Counted from the stretch's first letter, positions 54,285 to 64,000 are shown. The stretch is DNA of 64,000 bases from an uncultured Clostridia bacterium (GCA_937925475.1 CALEWH010000022.1:5376-69375), one strand, 5' to 3'. Made by a program: numbers and translations. Notes: generated by a model not told the origin, from the sequence alone.

Positions 54285-55595
54285 TTTTATTCTATTATAT
54301 TTTTTATTTGCTTTAAGTTGCATTTCGATAAGTTTTGTTTCTTTAAACTTTTTATTCTTTTTATCACCATATGCAATATCGTAGACAATGATGACAAATC
54401 CTTGCAAAATATACAAATAATATGTGGCAATCCTATAAATAAGAAGAGCCCAGAATATGCTTCCAGAATTATCTAAGAACAATGAAGCAAATAGCGAGTT
54501 AAACGATATTTCAGCCATACCGCTTCCACCAGGCAAAGGAATATAGGTAGAAGCCAATTCGCAAAGCAAGAATTTGATAAATATAAGCTCAAATGATACT
54601 GTCGGATCAGGGATTAGGAAACAATATATCAAATATGGAATTGTTGCCTTTAAAAGTATAATAAGGACTGACAATGCAAAAGTAATTAGTGTAGTCCAAA
54701 AACTCTTTAAGTAGTATATTATACTTCTTCTATACTCAGTAATTTGTCTTATTATTTTAGTAAAAGTAAGTTTTGGATTTTTTACTATCTTCAATTTGTG
54801 AAGTAGTTTTATAAAACTCATTGTAATCTTTGGTGCTACACGCTTGCTCATTGACAAGAATATAATCACAATTAAGAAAAACAATGAAATACAAAGCGAA
54901 ATAATGGATAGTGTAACCACAACTTCGACGCTCTCGTTGTATTTGCTTATTCCGATGATAAGCATAATCACTGAGATAATGCAAAATGATATTTGAGAAA
55001 ACATATATTTTGCTAGTGGAACACTAGAAGCAATGCCTGCTTTTACTCCCCTGCTATTTAGATAGAAGATTTGAAAAGGTTGGCCACCAAAGGAAAATGG
55101 TGTAATACAATCATAATATCTACATATTGCAGTCGACTTATAACTCAAAAATGGTCGATGAAGTTTTGTCGCTTTAAATATCAAAATGTGTGTGCGAAGT
55201 GAGTCAAACAACATAATCAAAGCAAACAAGCCCAAGATGTAAAAGATATATCTATACTTGACACCTGTAAGGGTCGTGATATCCGCCACACCATACTTGT
55301 TTCGTTGATACAAAAGCGTGCCTACAAGAATGAATATGCTGACTATAAAGAAACAAATGTTGATGATTTTGCTCTTGTTTGTGCGATTTTCTAGCACTTT
55401 GACAGTCGAATCTGTAAGTATCTTTTCGCTAAGTTTTTTCTCTTGCTCAGATATGTTTTGCTCTTCGTAAGAGTCCTTATATACTACAAACTCACTATCG
55501 GCAAATTCTTTATCGTCTTCCTTATCTTCTTGCGGTTTTAATTCTTTTTCGGCATTTTGGTCTTTTATTAAATTGTCCTTATCATTTTTAGCCAT
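54282..55595 (-). CDS. UPF0104 / lysylphosphatidylglycerol-synthase-TM-like (flippase-like) membrane protein
   Basis: 437 aa with about 8 hydrophobic segments and the family-typical PLPGGSGMAEISF motif. The ~75-aa N-terminal cytoplasmic extension is charged. Confidence 0.75.
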   Translation of the reverse strand: MAKNDKDNLIKDQNAEKELKPQEDKEDDKEFADSEFVVYKDSYEEQNISEQEKKLSEKILTDSTVKVLENRTNKSKIINICFFIVSIFILVGTLLYQRNKYGVADITTLTGVKYRYIFYILGLFALIMLFDSLRTHILIFKATKLHRPFLSYKSTAICRYYDCITPFSFGGQPFQIFYLNSRGVKAGIASSVPLAKYMFSQISFCIISVIMLIIGISKYNESVEVVVTLSIISLCISLFFLIVIIFLSMSKRVAPKITMSFIKLLHKLKIVKNPKLTFTKIIRQITEYRRSIIYYLKSFWTTLITFALSVLIILLKATIPYLIYCFLIPDPTVSFELIFIKFLLCELASTYIPLPGGSGMAEISFNSLFASLFLDNSGSIFWALLIYRIATYYLYILQGFVIIVYDIAYGDKKNKKFKETKLIEMQLKANKKYNRIK

Positions 55596-55775
55596 AAAAA
55601 CCTCAATAAAAATATATCACTAAATAACCAATGTGTCAAAGCAAAAATACTCAAACAACGGATTTTTTATTTATTATACAATAATAAATAAACATTTTAA
55701 ATTCAAATGTCCATAAGTGTGATATATTTTGTCATATTGTTATGAAATCATATACTAATTGACGCTTTAATCGAC

Positions 55776-55804
55776 AACAAAAAAAAGTGTCTTTCGACAC
55801 TTTT
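55776..55804 (-). terminator. Rho-independent terminator after the PrsA-like gene
   Basis: Perfect 9-bp stem AAAAGTGTC/GACACTTTT (55782-55790 / 55795-55803) with loop TTTC and a U-run on the minus strand. Confidence 0.85.
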
Positions 55805-55810
55805 TAATTA

Positions 55811-57526
55811 TTAGTTTTTAAGCAAACTCTTATACTTCTTTGTATAAACAGTCACTGTAACATATCCTTTTGCTTGTTCGACCATATCTGTTGTACGGCT
55901 ATCTGCACTACTCGAATTTAGTGAGTCATATACAAGGTTGAACAATGTTTTTTGACTGCTAAGTTGAGTCTTGTGACCAACAAGTGCATTAAGAAGTTCT
56001 TGACTAGTCATACCTTCTGGATCTGCCGAAGTAACAAGTCCTGCGTGGAATATGATATGGATACCATATTCACTTACAACCTTGTCCATTCCGCCCACGC
56101 CCTTTTCAGTGTTAAGCTTTCTGCACGCATCAGCAAATTCTTTAACCATTTTGTCAGTTACATTTGCATCAAGATTGACTACATAGGCAAAATCTTTGTT
56201 CATAATGCCTTCGTCGTCATTAAACATATATATCATTTCGTTAAACAACTCAGCCTTCTTTTCATAGTCTGAATCACCAGCATTGTTGTTTACATAGTTT
56301 GTTACTTTGTCATATACGCTTTGAGCATTGGTTGTTTTTGTAACACCGTTTTCCTCATATGTTACAGGAGTGCGGTCGATTATTTCTTCCATTTTTGTAT
56401 CGTAGTATGCTTGTGAAATTGTTCCGTTTTTAAGTTCGGATTTCAAATTTTCTACGACTTTCTTTTGTGCATCGCTAAACTTTATAAGAATGTGCGATAC
56501 ATACATATATTCGGCACCATTGCCGTAGTCTGGGTGATAGTATACACCCGAAACATCATCGCCAGCCATTGCCTTGTGATATGCTTCTTCTCCACCATTT
56601 TGACTAGCATATAGTTTCTTTTGACTTGCATATTGTTTTCTGTACTCAGTAAGAACACTATCTATAACATCAGCTTTAAGTGTTTGAGTGCCATTTACAT
56701 CTACAAATTTTTGTGTGTTTGTGCACCAGTCTTGATAAATAGAGATGTACTTGTTTTCAGTGATTATCTTTGTCAATCTATCAATTTCGGCATTAATTAC
56801 ATCAGCTTCTTTTGTGCTTTTTCCAAAACTTTTAGCCGCTTTTTGCAATTCGGAAACATATCTTGCATATGCTTCTGCCGAAACATCTTCGTCTGTTATG
56901 TGGATAAAATCTTGCAATTTTTCAGGAACAGTAAATTTTACATTTGTGCCGTCTTTTGCTTTTACATTTACAAAACCGGTCACATTGTTTTGATCGTCAT
57001 ATATTGGCTCAATGCTTGCTGTATATGGCGAATACTCAGCTCTTAGCGACTTTTCTTCGTCACTACTTGTTTCGCTGTCATCGTGGTCGTGTGTAAGCAC
57101 TCTATCCCACTCTTCTCTTACTGTGTTTTCGTGAGTGTATATTTGCTTTTGAATATAACTAAACACCTCATATCGAATGTTGTTTTTGTCTTCTTCAGTA
57201 AGAGTCAAGATACCTTTGTCAAAATACTCAGATTTGATAAAGTTTACGAGCAAATCTCTTTCGATCATCGAGTCTTTTGCTTCGTTTAATCCTTCTTCCG
57301 CTGTCTTCGAACCATTGTTTACATTTGAATATGAGTAGTTGTAGAATGCATTCATCAAGTCTTCACGAGTGTACTTTTTATTGTAGGACTTATGGTTTTC
57401 GTCTCCTTCCACAGTCACAACTACTGTTTTATAATACTTCGCTTTGTTAAGTGTAGTCAAATTGCAACCCGCAAAGAGAGTTACACTTAGCATAAGCGCA
57501 CATAAAATTGTAAAAATCTTTTTCAC
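55811..57526 (-). CDS. PrsA/parvulin-type peptidyl-prolyl isomerase lipoprotein (foldase)
   Basis: The start is moved to GTG 57526 (read as MKKIFTILCALMLSVTLFAG|C, lipobox LFAGC), because GGGAGA lies 7 nt upstream of it and the ATG at 57541 has no SD. A parvulin-like block is present (VSHILIKF ... EYGIHIIFHAG). Confidence 0.7.
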   Translation of the reverse strand: MKKIFTILCALMLSVTLFAGCNLTTLNKAKYYKTVVVTVEGDENHKSYNKKYTREDLMNAFYNYSYSNVNNGSKTAEEGLNEAKDSMIERDLLVNFIKSEYFDKGILTLTEEDKNNIRYEVFSYIQKQIYTHENTVREEWDRVLTHDHDDSETSSDEEKSLRAEYSPYTASIEPIYDDQNNVTGFVNVKAKDGTNVKFTVPEKLQDFIHITDEDVSAEAYARYVSELQKAAKSFGKSTKEADVINAEIDRLTKIITENKYISIYQDWCTNTQKFVDVNGTQTLKADVIDSVLTEYRKQYASQKKLYASQNGGEEAYHKAMAGDDVSGVYYHPDYGNGAEYMYVSHILIKFSDAQKKVVENLKSELKNGTISQAYYDTKMEEIIDRTPVTYEENGVTKTTNAQSVYDKVTNYVNNNAGDSDYEKKAELFNEMIYMFNDDEGIMNKDFAYVVNLDANVTDKMVKEFADACRKLNTEKGVGGMDKVVSEYGIHIIFHAGLVTSADPEGMTSQELLNALVGHKTQLSSQKTLFNLVYDSLNSSSADSRTTDMVEQAKGYVTVTVYTKKYKSLLKN

Positions 57527-57602
57527 GCCAAAATCTCCCATAGTAATATAAGTCTAGATTATTATATAAGAAAATAACCTTTTAGGCAAGAAATATCTCG
57601 CA

Positions 57603-60600
57603 CTATGTTGTACATAATTCCAAAAAATTTTGAGCCTTGTCCAAAATATTTTCACCCATATTTGTCTTCACTACAATTATAGGCATAGTTTCGGCTTCTA
57701 ATACGACATTTGGCACGAGTTTTAAGTCGTCGACATAATCCTTGACATCATCAATATGCCCAAACACTATCTTGCACTCGTCTTTTTTAATAACAACTTT
57801 CTCCGCGCCCATTTTTTGCGCCAAGTTTTTGATAAGCGAGATTTTTATTAGGTCGTTAGCCTCATTTGGCATATCGCCAAATGCATCGCACAACTCACGA
57901 TATAAAGCCATATATTCGTCTAGCGACGACACTTTACTTATCTTCATATATGCTGAAATTCGCGCATTGTAGTTTGAAATATAATCACTAGGAATGTACG
58001 CATTGTACGATGTTTCCACGCGGACTTCGTGCACTGATTTTGAAAGTCCGCCTTTAAGTTCGGTCACTGCTTCGTTGAGAAGTTGGATATACATAGCATA
58101 GCCGACCTTTTGCATATGCCCGTGCTGTTCGACCCCAAGAACATTGCCCGCACCCCTTATTTCAAGGTCTCTTAATGCAATCTTAAAACCACTTCCCATG
58201 GCTGTAAATTGGCTAATCGCTTCCAGGCGCTTGTATGCAGTTTCGTTAAGCAGGTCTTTTCTATAAGTGAAATATGCATACGCTTGGCGGTCACTTCGCC
58301 CAATCCTGCCTTTAAGTTGGTACAACTGCGAAAGCCCCAACTCGTCCGCATCAATAACAATCAATGTGTTTGCATTTGGCAAATCAACACCATTTTCAAT
58401 AAGTGTTGTACTCAAAAGTATTTGAGTTTCGCCATTGTACAATTTCATTATGGCGTCTTCGAGCTTTTTCTCTTCCATTTGCCCGTGTGCAACATCAATG
58501 TTTACATCCATCGGCAACAGATTTTTGATTTTTCCAGCCCACTCATATATACGCTCAATCCGATTGTAAACAACAAGCACTTGCCCACCTCGGTCAATTT
58601 CGCGCATAATTGCATTTTTCAAAATGATGTCACTATACTCACATACTTGAACCTGGGTCGGAATACGCGAAATTGGCGGTGTTTCGATGACTGAAATATC
58701 CCTTATCCCAGACAACGCCATATTAAGTGTGCGCGGAATAGGTGTCGCACTCAATGTCAAAACATTTATATTTTGACGCAACTCTTTAATCGTTTCTTTT
58801 GCTTCAACACCAAATTTTTGTTCTTCGTCAAGTATTAAAAGTCCAAGATTTTTGTAGACGATGTTTTTATTTAGCAGTTTGTGCGTACCTACTACAATGT
58901 CAACATCGCCATTTTGCACTTTTTCATATATTTTTTGACACTCGGTCGCACTTTTAAATCTATTTAACACTTCTACCCTTACGCCAAATCCTTTCATTCG
59001 AGCGAGAATAGTGTTGTAGTGTTGTTCGCTAAGAATTGTGGTAGGACACATAAACGCAACCTGTTTGCCTGCGATGACAGTTTTGAACGCCGCTCTCATA
59101 GCAACTTCGGTTTTGCCAAACCCTACATCTCCACAAATCAGCCTGTCCATAACCTTGCCCGCTTCCATATCCAAACGAATATCATTTATAGCCTTGACTT
59201 GGTCGGCAGTTTCCGTATAGCCAAAAGACTCAGCAAATGTGGTCATCAACTCATCATCGTGCGGATAAACAAAGCCCTTTGCATTAAGGCGTGCCTTATA
59301 CAACTCAACCAACGAAAATGCCATTTCTTTGATTTTTGTTTTGACCTTTTCTTTGGTTTTTAAAAAGTCATTGCTTCCAAGTTTGTTGAGAGGCGGACAC
59401 TTGTCACCACCAATGTATTTACTAATTTGATTTATGTTTTCAACTGGCAAATACAATTTGTCGTTGTTTTTATATTCGATAATCACATAATCGCGTGAAG
59501 CATTGCTAAGTGTAAGACACTCCACCCCAAGACATCTGCCCACACCATATATATTGTGCACAACAATGTCATTTTTCTCAGGCAAAGTCATATCAAAAGA
59601 AGCAAAGTTTTTGTTTTCGACTTTTTTTACAGCCCCACACAAGTCATCGCTACTATAAATGTAGATGTTTTCATCTACAAATGCGCACGATATTCCACCA
59701 GATTTTGTTACAAGATTGACCCCACTTTGCACCTTGTATGCACTCGAAGTGATATTGTAAGCAATATGATGCTTGTCAAAAACTTCGGCTATTCGATTTG
59801 CATTTTCATTTGACTTGACATACAAAATTTGAACAGAGTTTGAAGGACGAGTGCTTACATCAAGCGCAAGTACCTCCCACTTGCTATGATAACTAATCGA
59901 CGGCATACTTTTAAAATTGAATACTCGATTAGGGCTAAATAGTCGATTTGCATTTGTTATGTTTTGAAATCCAACTACCGCATGATCACTAAAATCGATA
60001 GCACTATCCATTATTAGATTTTTGTGAAGTTCGCAAAATTCACCAGATTTGATGCCATCTTTTATTTCTTGATTAAATATGTCCACATCATTTTTAAATG
60101 TTTCAAAATTCGATTTGACATCATCAAAAAACACAACACTATTTGGCACAAAATCATATATTTTTGACAATAAGTCACTACTAAATGGCAAAAACCATAG
60201 CAGACTATTTACTCTGTTGCGATTTTCATCTATAAAATCTTTTATCTTTTGATTTTTAGTTTTTATATAAAAATTATTAAGTTTTGTAGTGTCCACATCA
60301 AATAGACCACTGCATTTTAGATTAATCGAATCCAATTCACATGAAGGGATAAGGCTTATGGCATCACATTCTTTTATCTTTTCAAGCTTGTCCCAATCCC
60401 ACATAAGGCGATAATATTTGCCATCTGTCATAAGGTCGATAGTGTCACCCTTTACACTAAACATATTGTCGCTATCCACATAGTCTACCCTTTCAAATCC
60501 AAGAGATGTCAGATGCGAAACCACTTTTGATAGTTCTATTGTATCACCCTTTGATATAGTGAACATATGGCTCATTAGATACTCTTTGCTTGGCAAAAAC

Positions 60601-60932
60601 GATGTTAGCATAATTGGATTGCACACAAGCGCATCAATTTCGTCATTAATAATTTTGTAAAGTATTTCTATCAATTTTTTATGATTAAAGATGCCACTAA
60701 GGCTTGGATTATAACTTATAGTTTCACAGCGCAAATTTGCACATTTTAGTTTTTCTTCAACAATACTTTGTCTTTCATCACTTGCAACATACAAAATAAA
60801 AGCATTGCTACTAAGAGCAATGTTTAGTTTTTCGCCAAGGCCACAGCCAAATACACTGACTTTTTCGCCCCGCTCTATTGAACTAATAAGTGTGTCTATA
60901 AGACCACCCTTTTTACATATTTTGTCTATCAT
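57603..60932 (-). CDS. mfd: Transcription-repair coupling factor
   Basis: Contains Walker A GDVGFGKTEVA, DEEQKFG and superfamily-2 helicase blocks. The start is trimmed to ATG 60932 (MIDKICKKGG...), which forms an ATGA overlap with the pth stop. Confidence 0.95.
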   Translation of the reverse strand: MIDKICKKGGLIDTLISSIERGEKVSVFGCGLGEKLNIALSSNAFILYVASDERQSIVEEKLKCANLRCETISYNPSLSGIFNHKKLIEILYKIINDEIDALVCNPIMLTSFLPSKEYLMSHMFTISKGDTIELSKVVSHLTSLGFERVDYVDSDNMFSVKGDTIDLMTDGKYYRLMWDWDKLEKIKECDAISLIPSCELDSINLKCSGLFDVDTTKLNNFYIKTKNQKIKDFIDENRNRVNSLLWFLPFSSDLLSKIYDFVPNSVVFFDDVKSNFETFKNDVDIFNQEIKDGIKSGEFCELHKNLIMDSAIDFSDHAVVGFQNITNANRLFSPNRVFNFKSMPSISYHSKWEVLALDVSTRPSNSVQILYVKSNENANRIAEVFDKHHIAYNITSSAYKVQSGVNLVTKSGGISCAFVDENIYIYSSDDLCGAVKKVENKNFASFDMTLPEKNDIVVHNIYGVGRCLGVECLTLSNASRDYVIIEYKNNDKLYLPVENINQISKYIGGDKCPPLNKLGSNDFLKTKEKVKTKIKEMAFSLVELYKARLNAKGFVYPHDDELMTTFAESFGYTETADQVKAINDIRLDMEAGKVMDRLICGDVGFGKTEVAMRAAFKTVIAGKQVAFMCPTTILSEQHYNTILARMKGFGVRVEVLNRFKSATECQKIYEKVQNGDVDIVVGTHKLLNKNIVYKNLGLLILDEEQKFGVEAKETIKELRQNINVLTLSATPIPRTLNMALSGIRDISVIETPPISRIPTQVQVCEYSDIILKNAIMREIDRGGQVLVVYNRIERIYEWAGKIKNLLPMDVNIDVAHGQMEEKKLEDAIMKLYNGETQILLSTTLIENGVDLPNANTLIVIDADELGLSQLYQLKGRIGRSDRQAYAYFTYRKDLLNETAYKRLEAISQFTAMGSGFKIALRDLEIRGAGNVLGVEQHGHMQKVGYAMYIQLLNEAVTELKGGLSKSVHEVRVETSYNAYIPSDYISNYNARISAYMKISKVSSLDEYMALYRELCDAFGDMPNEANDLIKISLIKNLAQKMGAEKVVIKKDECKIVFGHIDDVKDYVDDLKLVPNVVLEAETMPIIVVKTNMGENILDKAQNFLELCTT

Positions 60933-61495
60933 ACTAGTCTTGTGATGTCCACCTTTTCTGTGTTGCAATCATTTTCTATCCATGCGTCAAGTGTTTTGAC
61001 CGCTAGCGGATATGCTGTTTTTGTGTAAATCGACATATTAAGTGGAGATATTTTGCTCAAAACATAGTCGGCTAGTTGCATATTGTCATTGCGACCAATA
61101 CCCACTCTCAAACGCGGAAATGCTTCGCTTCCAAGCATTGACACTATACTTCGCATTCCATTGTGTGTTCCTGCACTGCCACTTGCCCTTAATCTAAGCA
61201 CTCCCACGGGCAAATCTATATCATCATACACCACGATAACTCTACTTAGCGGAAGTTTTAGTTTTGATACCAACTCACTAACTGCCTTGCCACTGTTGTT
61301 CATATATGTCATAGGTTTGAGTATCATAACTTTCTCTCGACCTATTTTGCACTCGCCATATCTTCCGCTGTACTTAAATTTACTCAAAGACACATTATGT
61401 TGTTTTGCAAACATATCCACCACATTAAAGCCTGTATTGTGATATGTGTTTTGATACATTGCATCAGGATTTCCTAGCCCTATTATTGCTATCAT
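60929..61495 (-). CDS. pth: Peptidyl-tRNA hydrolase
   Basis: 188 aa. The N-terminal IIGLGNP...Y..T.HN.GF motif and GTHNGMRS block are typical of Pth. Confidence 0.95.
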   Translation of the reverse strand: MIAIIGLGNPDAMYQNTYHNTGFNVVDMFAKQHNVSLSKFKYSGRYGECKIGREKVMILKPMTYMNNSGKAVSELVSKLKLPLSRVIVVYDDIDLPVGVLRLRASGSAGTHNGMRSIVSMLGSEAFPRLRVGIGRNDNMQLADYVLSKISPLNMSIYTKTAYPLAVKTLDAWIENDCNTEKVDITRLV

Positions 61496-61509
61496 ATTTT
61501 TCTCCTATG

Positions 61510-62325
61510 TTAGATTTTTCTGTTGTCTTTTATCTTTCGACCGCTCAAACTTGTGTTTCCACTCACAACAACATTATTGCCAAGTGTGCACTTTTCTATG
61601 TGCGAATATGGCATTATTATACAGTCTTTGCCGATGTCACTTCCTTCTATGACACTCTCAGCAACACAACTTGACGCGCCAATTCGACTGTCCGCTACAA
61701 TGTTGTTTTCTTTTAAAATAACACCCTTTTCTATTTTTGTATAACCTTTAAGATTGTTTCCGCCAAGTATTGTTGTATTAGGCTCAATGTCGACATATTT
61801 TTCAATAACCACATTTTTGCAGTTTTTGATATCAATACCATTTTGCATATGAAATTCGATAATGCGATTTCGCAAAATTTCAAATGCGCGGTTTCGTTGT
61901 GTGGCATTTTCGACAATATAAAAGTCTTCTTCGTTTTGCGAGTATATGCTATCATAGAAAACATTGTTTGTAGTGCGAAGATATTTTGTATTAAAAACTG
62001 CACCACCCCAAAACTTGCAAGCGTTTACATTTTTAAACAAGCAATAATCGACAAGACCCGAAAACACGCCCGATGTCAGAAGCGGAAGTGCGCCCGACAA
62101 CACGACAATATATGACGCATCGTTTGTGAACTTTTTTGCAAAAGTAGCAATATCGGAACCGTCATATTCGACAACTGCGCTACTAAAACCTTTTGTCGCA
62201 TCGCTCACCCACTCCGAACATGTTGCGCCCAAAATCTCATAATCCTTTTTGGGTTTTAAAATGAGCACAAAAACACTAGGTCTATCTATTGAAATCAAAA
62301 ACTCTTTTTCTACTTCAATTTGCAT
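61510..62325 (-). CDS. GlmU-like protein with a degenerate nucleotidyltransferase N-domain and a short left-handed beta-helix
   Basis: 271 aa. VFVLILKPKKDYEILG sits where GlmU has LAAGKGTRM (signature lost), and VVLSGALPLL where GlmU has YGDVPL. The C-terminus has hexapeptide-like repeats (IGASSCVAESVIEGSDIGKDCII...). It occupies the glmU-(prs)-pth-mfd syntenic position. Confidence 0.55.
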   Translation of the reverse strand: MQIEVEKEFLISIDRPSVFVLILKPKKDYEILGATCSEWVSDATKGFSSAVVEYDGSDIATFAKKFTNDASYIVVLSGALPLLTSGVFSGLVDYCLFKNVNACKFWGGAVFNTKYLRTTNNVFYDSIYSQNEEDFYIVENATQRNRAFEILRNRIIEFHMQNGIDIKNCKNVVIEKYVDIEPNTTILGGNNLKGYTKIEKGVILKENNIVADSRIGASSCVAESVIEGSDIGKDCIIMPYSHIEKCTLGNNVVVSGNTSLSGRKIKDNRKI

Positions 62326-62758
62326 TATTATTGTCCCTTAATTCTTTAAAAAAACGACTTAATATAGCGCTACATTCTGCTTCATTTACGCCTTTAATCC
62401 ACTCACATTTGTGATTAAATTTCAATTTGTCAGCATTGTCCACAACACCATATTTTAGATCGCTTGCACCATAAAACACTCGTTTTATTCTAGCGCTTAG
62501 TATCGCCCCAAAACACATAATGCAAGGTTCTTTGGTCACATACATATCGCAGTCTTGCAATCTAAAATCACCGACAACTTTGCACGCTTTGTTGATTGCA
62601 ATAATCTCTGCGTGGCATAGTGGATTGCCATTTTTGTTTTTCTTATTATATCCTTTGGCTATTATCTTGCCGTCTTTCACAATAACTGCGCCGACTGGAA
62701 TATCGCCATTTGCATATGCTTTTTCAGCCAGTTTTAGCGCTTCGTTCATATAATCCAT
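62315..62758 (-). CDS. tadA: tRNA-specific adenosine deaminase
   Basis: Trimmed to ATG 62758 (MDYMNEALKLAEKA...), which follows the rlmH stop by 7 nt and has GAGG upstream. The CHAE and PCIMC zinc motifs are present. Confidence 0.9.
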   Translation of the reverse strand: MDYMNEALKLAEKAYANGDIPVGAVIVKDGKIIAKGYNKKNKNGNPLCHAEIIAINKACKVVGDFRLQDCDMYVTKEPCIMCFGAILSARIKRVFYGASDLKYGVVDNADKLKFNHKCEWIKGVNEAECSAILSRFFKELRDNNNAN

Positions 62759-62765
62759 AGTAGCC

Positions 62766-63236
62766 TCATTTGTGATAAGTGATATTGTTTGAAATTGTGG
62801 TCGCACGATAAATTTGTTCGAGCAAAATCACACGCATAAGTTGGTGCGGAAATGTAAAAGCCGAAAAACTTAGTCTGTCGTCACACCTATTTTTAAAGTT
62901 TTCGCTCACACCATAACTCCCACCTATTACAAAAGTGATTGTCGATGTTGTGTTTTGTAGATTGTCAAGTTTTTTAGAAAACTCTTCGCTTGTATATTTT
63001 GCACCTTTTACATCGAGCAAAATAGTGTGACCTTTAAGATGTTTTTCAATGCGTTCACTTTCTTTTTCTTTGACCTTATCAATGTCGCCTGCATTGGCAT
63101 TTTTGCCAAGTTTTTCTTCGGCAACTTCGGTCACTGTTATACTATGAAATTTACTAAGTCTTTTCAAATACTCATCACAAGCATCCAAAAAGTATTTTTC
63201 TTTTATGTTTCCGACACAAACAATGTTTATCTTCAT
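62766..63236 (-). CDS. rlmH: 23S rRNA (pseudouridine1915-N3)-methyltransferase RlmH
   Basis: 156 aa of SPOUT-family shape (MKINIVCVGNIKEKYF...LSFSAFTFPHQLMRVILLEQIYRA). Confidence 0.9.
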   Translation of the reverse strand: MKINIVCVGNIKEKYFLDACDEYLKRLSKFHSITVTEVAEEKLGKNANAGDIDKVKEKESERIEKHLKGHTILLDVKGAKYTSEEFSKKLDNLQNTTSTITFVIGGSYGVSENFKNRCDDRLSFSAFTFPHQLMRVILLEQIYRATTISNNITYHK

Positions 63237-63243
63237 ATTTCTC

Positions 63244-64000
63244 CTAAATAAAGCCCCATATCAATGTAAACAAGGTCACAATTCCACCCAAAATCAAACT
63301 TGCATACAAAAAGATTTTGTCTTTGAATGTGGTCTTATAGACGACCTTTTGTTTTGGCATAACTATCTCAATAGGACTTTTCATCGCTTCGTAGTTTAGA
63401 TTTAGCAAAGTGTTTTCTTCAAGCATTTGTTGAAGCATTGCACTCTTTTGTGTAAGAATAGGGTCGTTTGTGTTTGCATTTTCGTTGTCGTCATAAACTG
63501 CACTGATAGCCTTGTTTACTTTCAACAATATGTTTTGCTTAAATAGTTGAAGGATAAGATAAATCATCAAACTTGCAATGGCAAGCAGTGCAATAAAACA
63601 TACGATGAAAATCACAATCATTGACGAGTGCGAAAGCAATGTAAGTCTGTCATAAAACTTACAACCTATCCAGCCGTTTACAGTCGCATAATCAAGATAA
63701 ACACTTATAAAGTTGTTTGTAAAGTGCATAATGATAGGCACCCAAATGTTTTTGGCAACAACCGATGCAAAACCCATAACCATGCCCAAAACAATCGCAT
63801 AACTCACTTGCGAAATGTTTAGGTGCATAAGTCCAAATAGCACCGAGCTTATTATAATCGACTTTGTAAAACCGCCGTGTTTTGTTCCTTGAAGCAATAG
63901 CCCCCTATGCAAAAACTCTTCGCAAAGTGCCGGCAAAATCGCCACCAAAACCACATCAAGCAAGAAGTTTGGGATAGTCGCACTAACTTCGGCTGTCGCA
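63244..64000 (-). CDS. CPBP-family intramembrane glutamic endopeptidase (CAAX-protease-like), 5'-partial
   Basis: Motifs EEFLHRG (EExxxR), FGLMHL (FxxxH) and HFTNN (HxxxN) lie within TM segments. The frame stays open from 63963 to the window edge (…ATAEVSATIPNF-LLDVV…), so the ORF-track TTG start is probably internal. Confidence 0.8.
   Translation of the reverse strand, partial: ATAEVSATIPNFLLDVVLVAILPALCEEFLHRGLLLQGTKHGGFTKSIIISSVLFGLMHLNISQVSYAIVLGMVMGFASVVAKNIWVPIIMHFTNNFISVYLDYATVNGWIGCKFYDRLTLLSHSSMIVIFIVCFIALLAIASLMIYLILQLFKQNILLKVNKAISAVYDDNENANTNDPILTQKSAMLQQMLEENTLLNLNYEAMKSPIEIVMPKQKVVYKTTFKDKIFLYASLILGGIVTLFTLIWGFI

Noticed and set aside
55611-55639. TTGACA-17-TGaTATATT promoter for the UPF0104-like gene
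   Set aside because: The geometry is good, but the predicted TSS would fall on or inside the GAGG SD (55604-55601). An alternative TTTAAA-17-TATAAT lies further upstream, so I made no confident call.

Overview
AT-rich (about one-third G+C by eye) Firmicutes/Clostridia-like chromosomal segment. Of the 21 coding regions I can support, 20 are on the minus strand. Reading the minus strand from right to left: a partial CPBP protease, then a tightly coupled housekeeping string (rlmH, tadA, a degenerate GlmU-like protein, pth, mfd). Next come a PrsA-like foldase lipoprotein, a UPF0104/LPG-synthase-TM-like membrane protein, a small membrane protein, a SpoIIQ-like M23/LytM protein, a stand-alone acpP and spoIIID. 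A single plus-strand TtcA-family PP-loop gene follows. Then come two adjacent, paralogous giant lipoprotein genes of 6,249 and 7,176 codons (40.3 kb, about 63% of the window). They are built from Ig-like (Big_2-like) domains and repeated 'head + GLUG/beta-helix' cassettes. After them sit rpoB-rpoC, cut off from their usual ribosomal-protein neighbours, and then three small accessory genes (two unknowns and an orphan HicB-like protein). I recognised no rRNA, tRNA, CRISPR array, transposase or integrase. The main candidate for something new is the giant lipoprotein pair: collinear modular architecture, a shared unrecognised C-terminal domain, duplicated promoter regions, and no visible anchor or secretion partner other than an N-terminal lipobox. 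Several non-coding elements are also unexplained: a ~310-bp spacer with extreme C>>G skew between the two giant genes, a phased 15-mer array upstream of the rpoB promoter, and a degenerate octamer array downstream of rpoC. All calls rest on reading the sequence and the supplied ORF translations. No database search was run.
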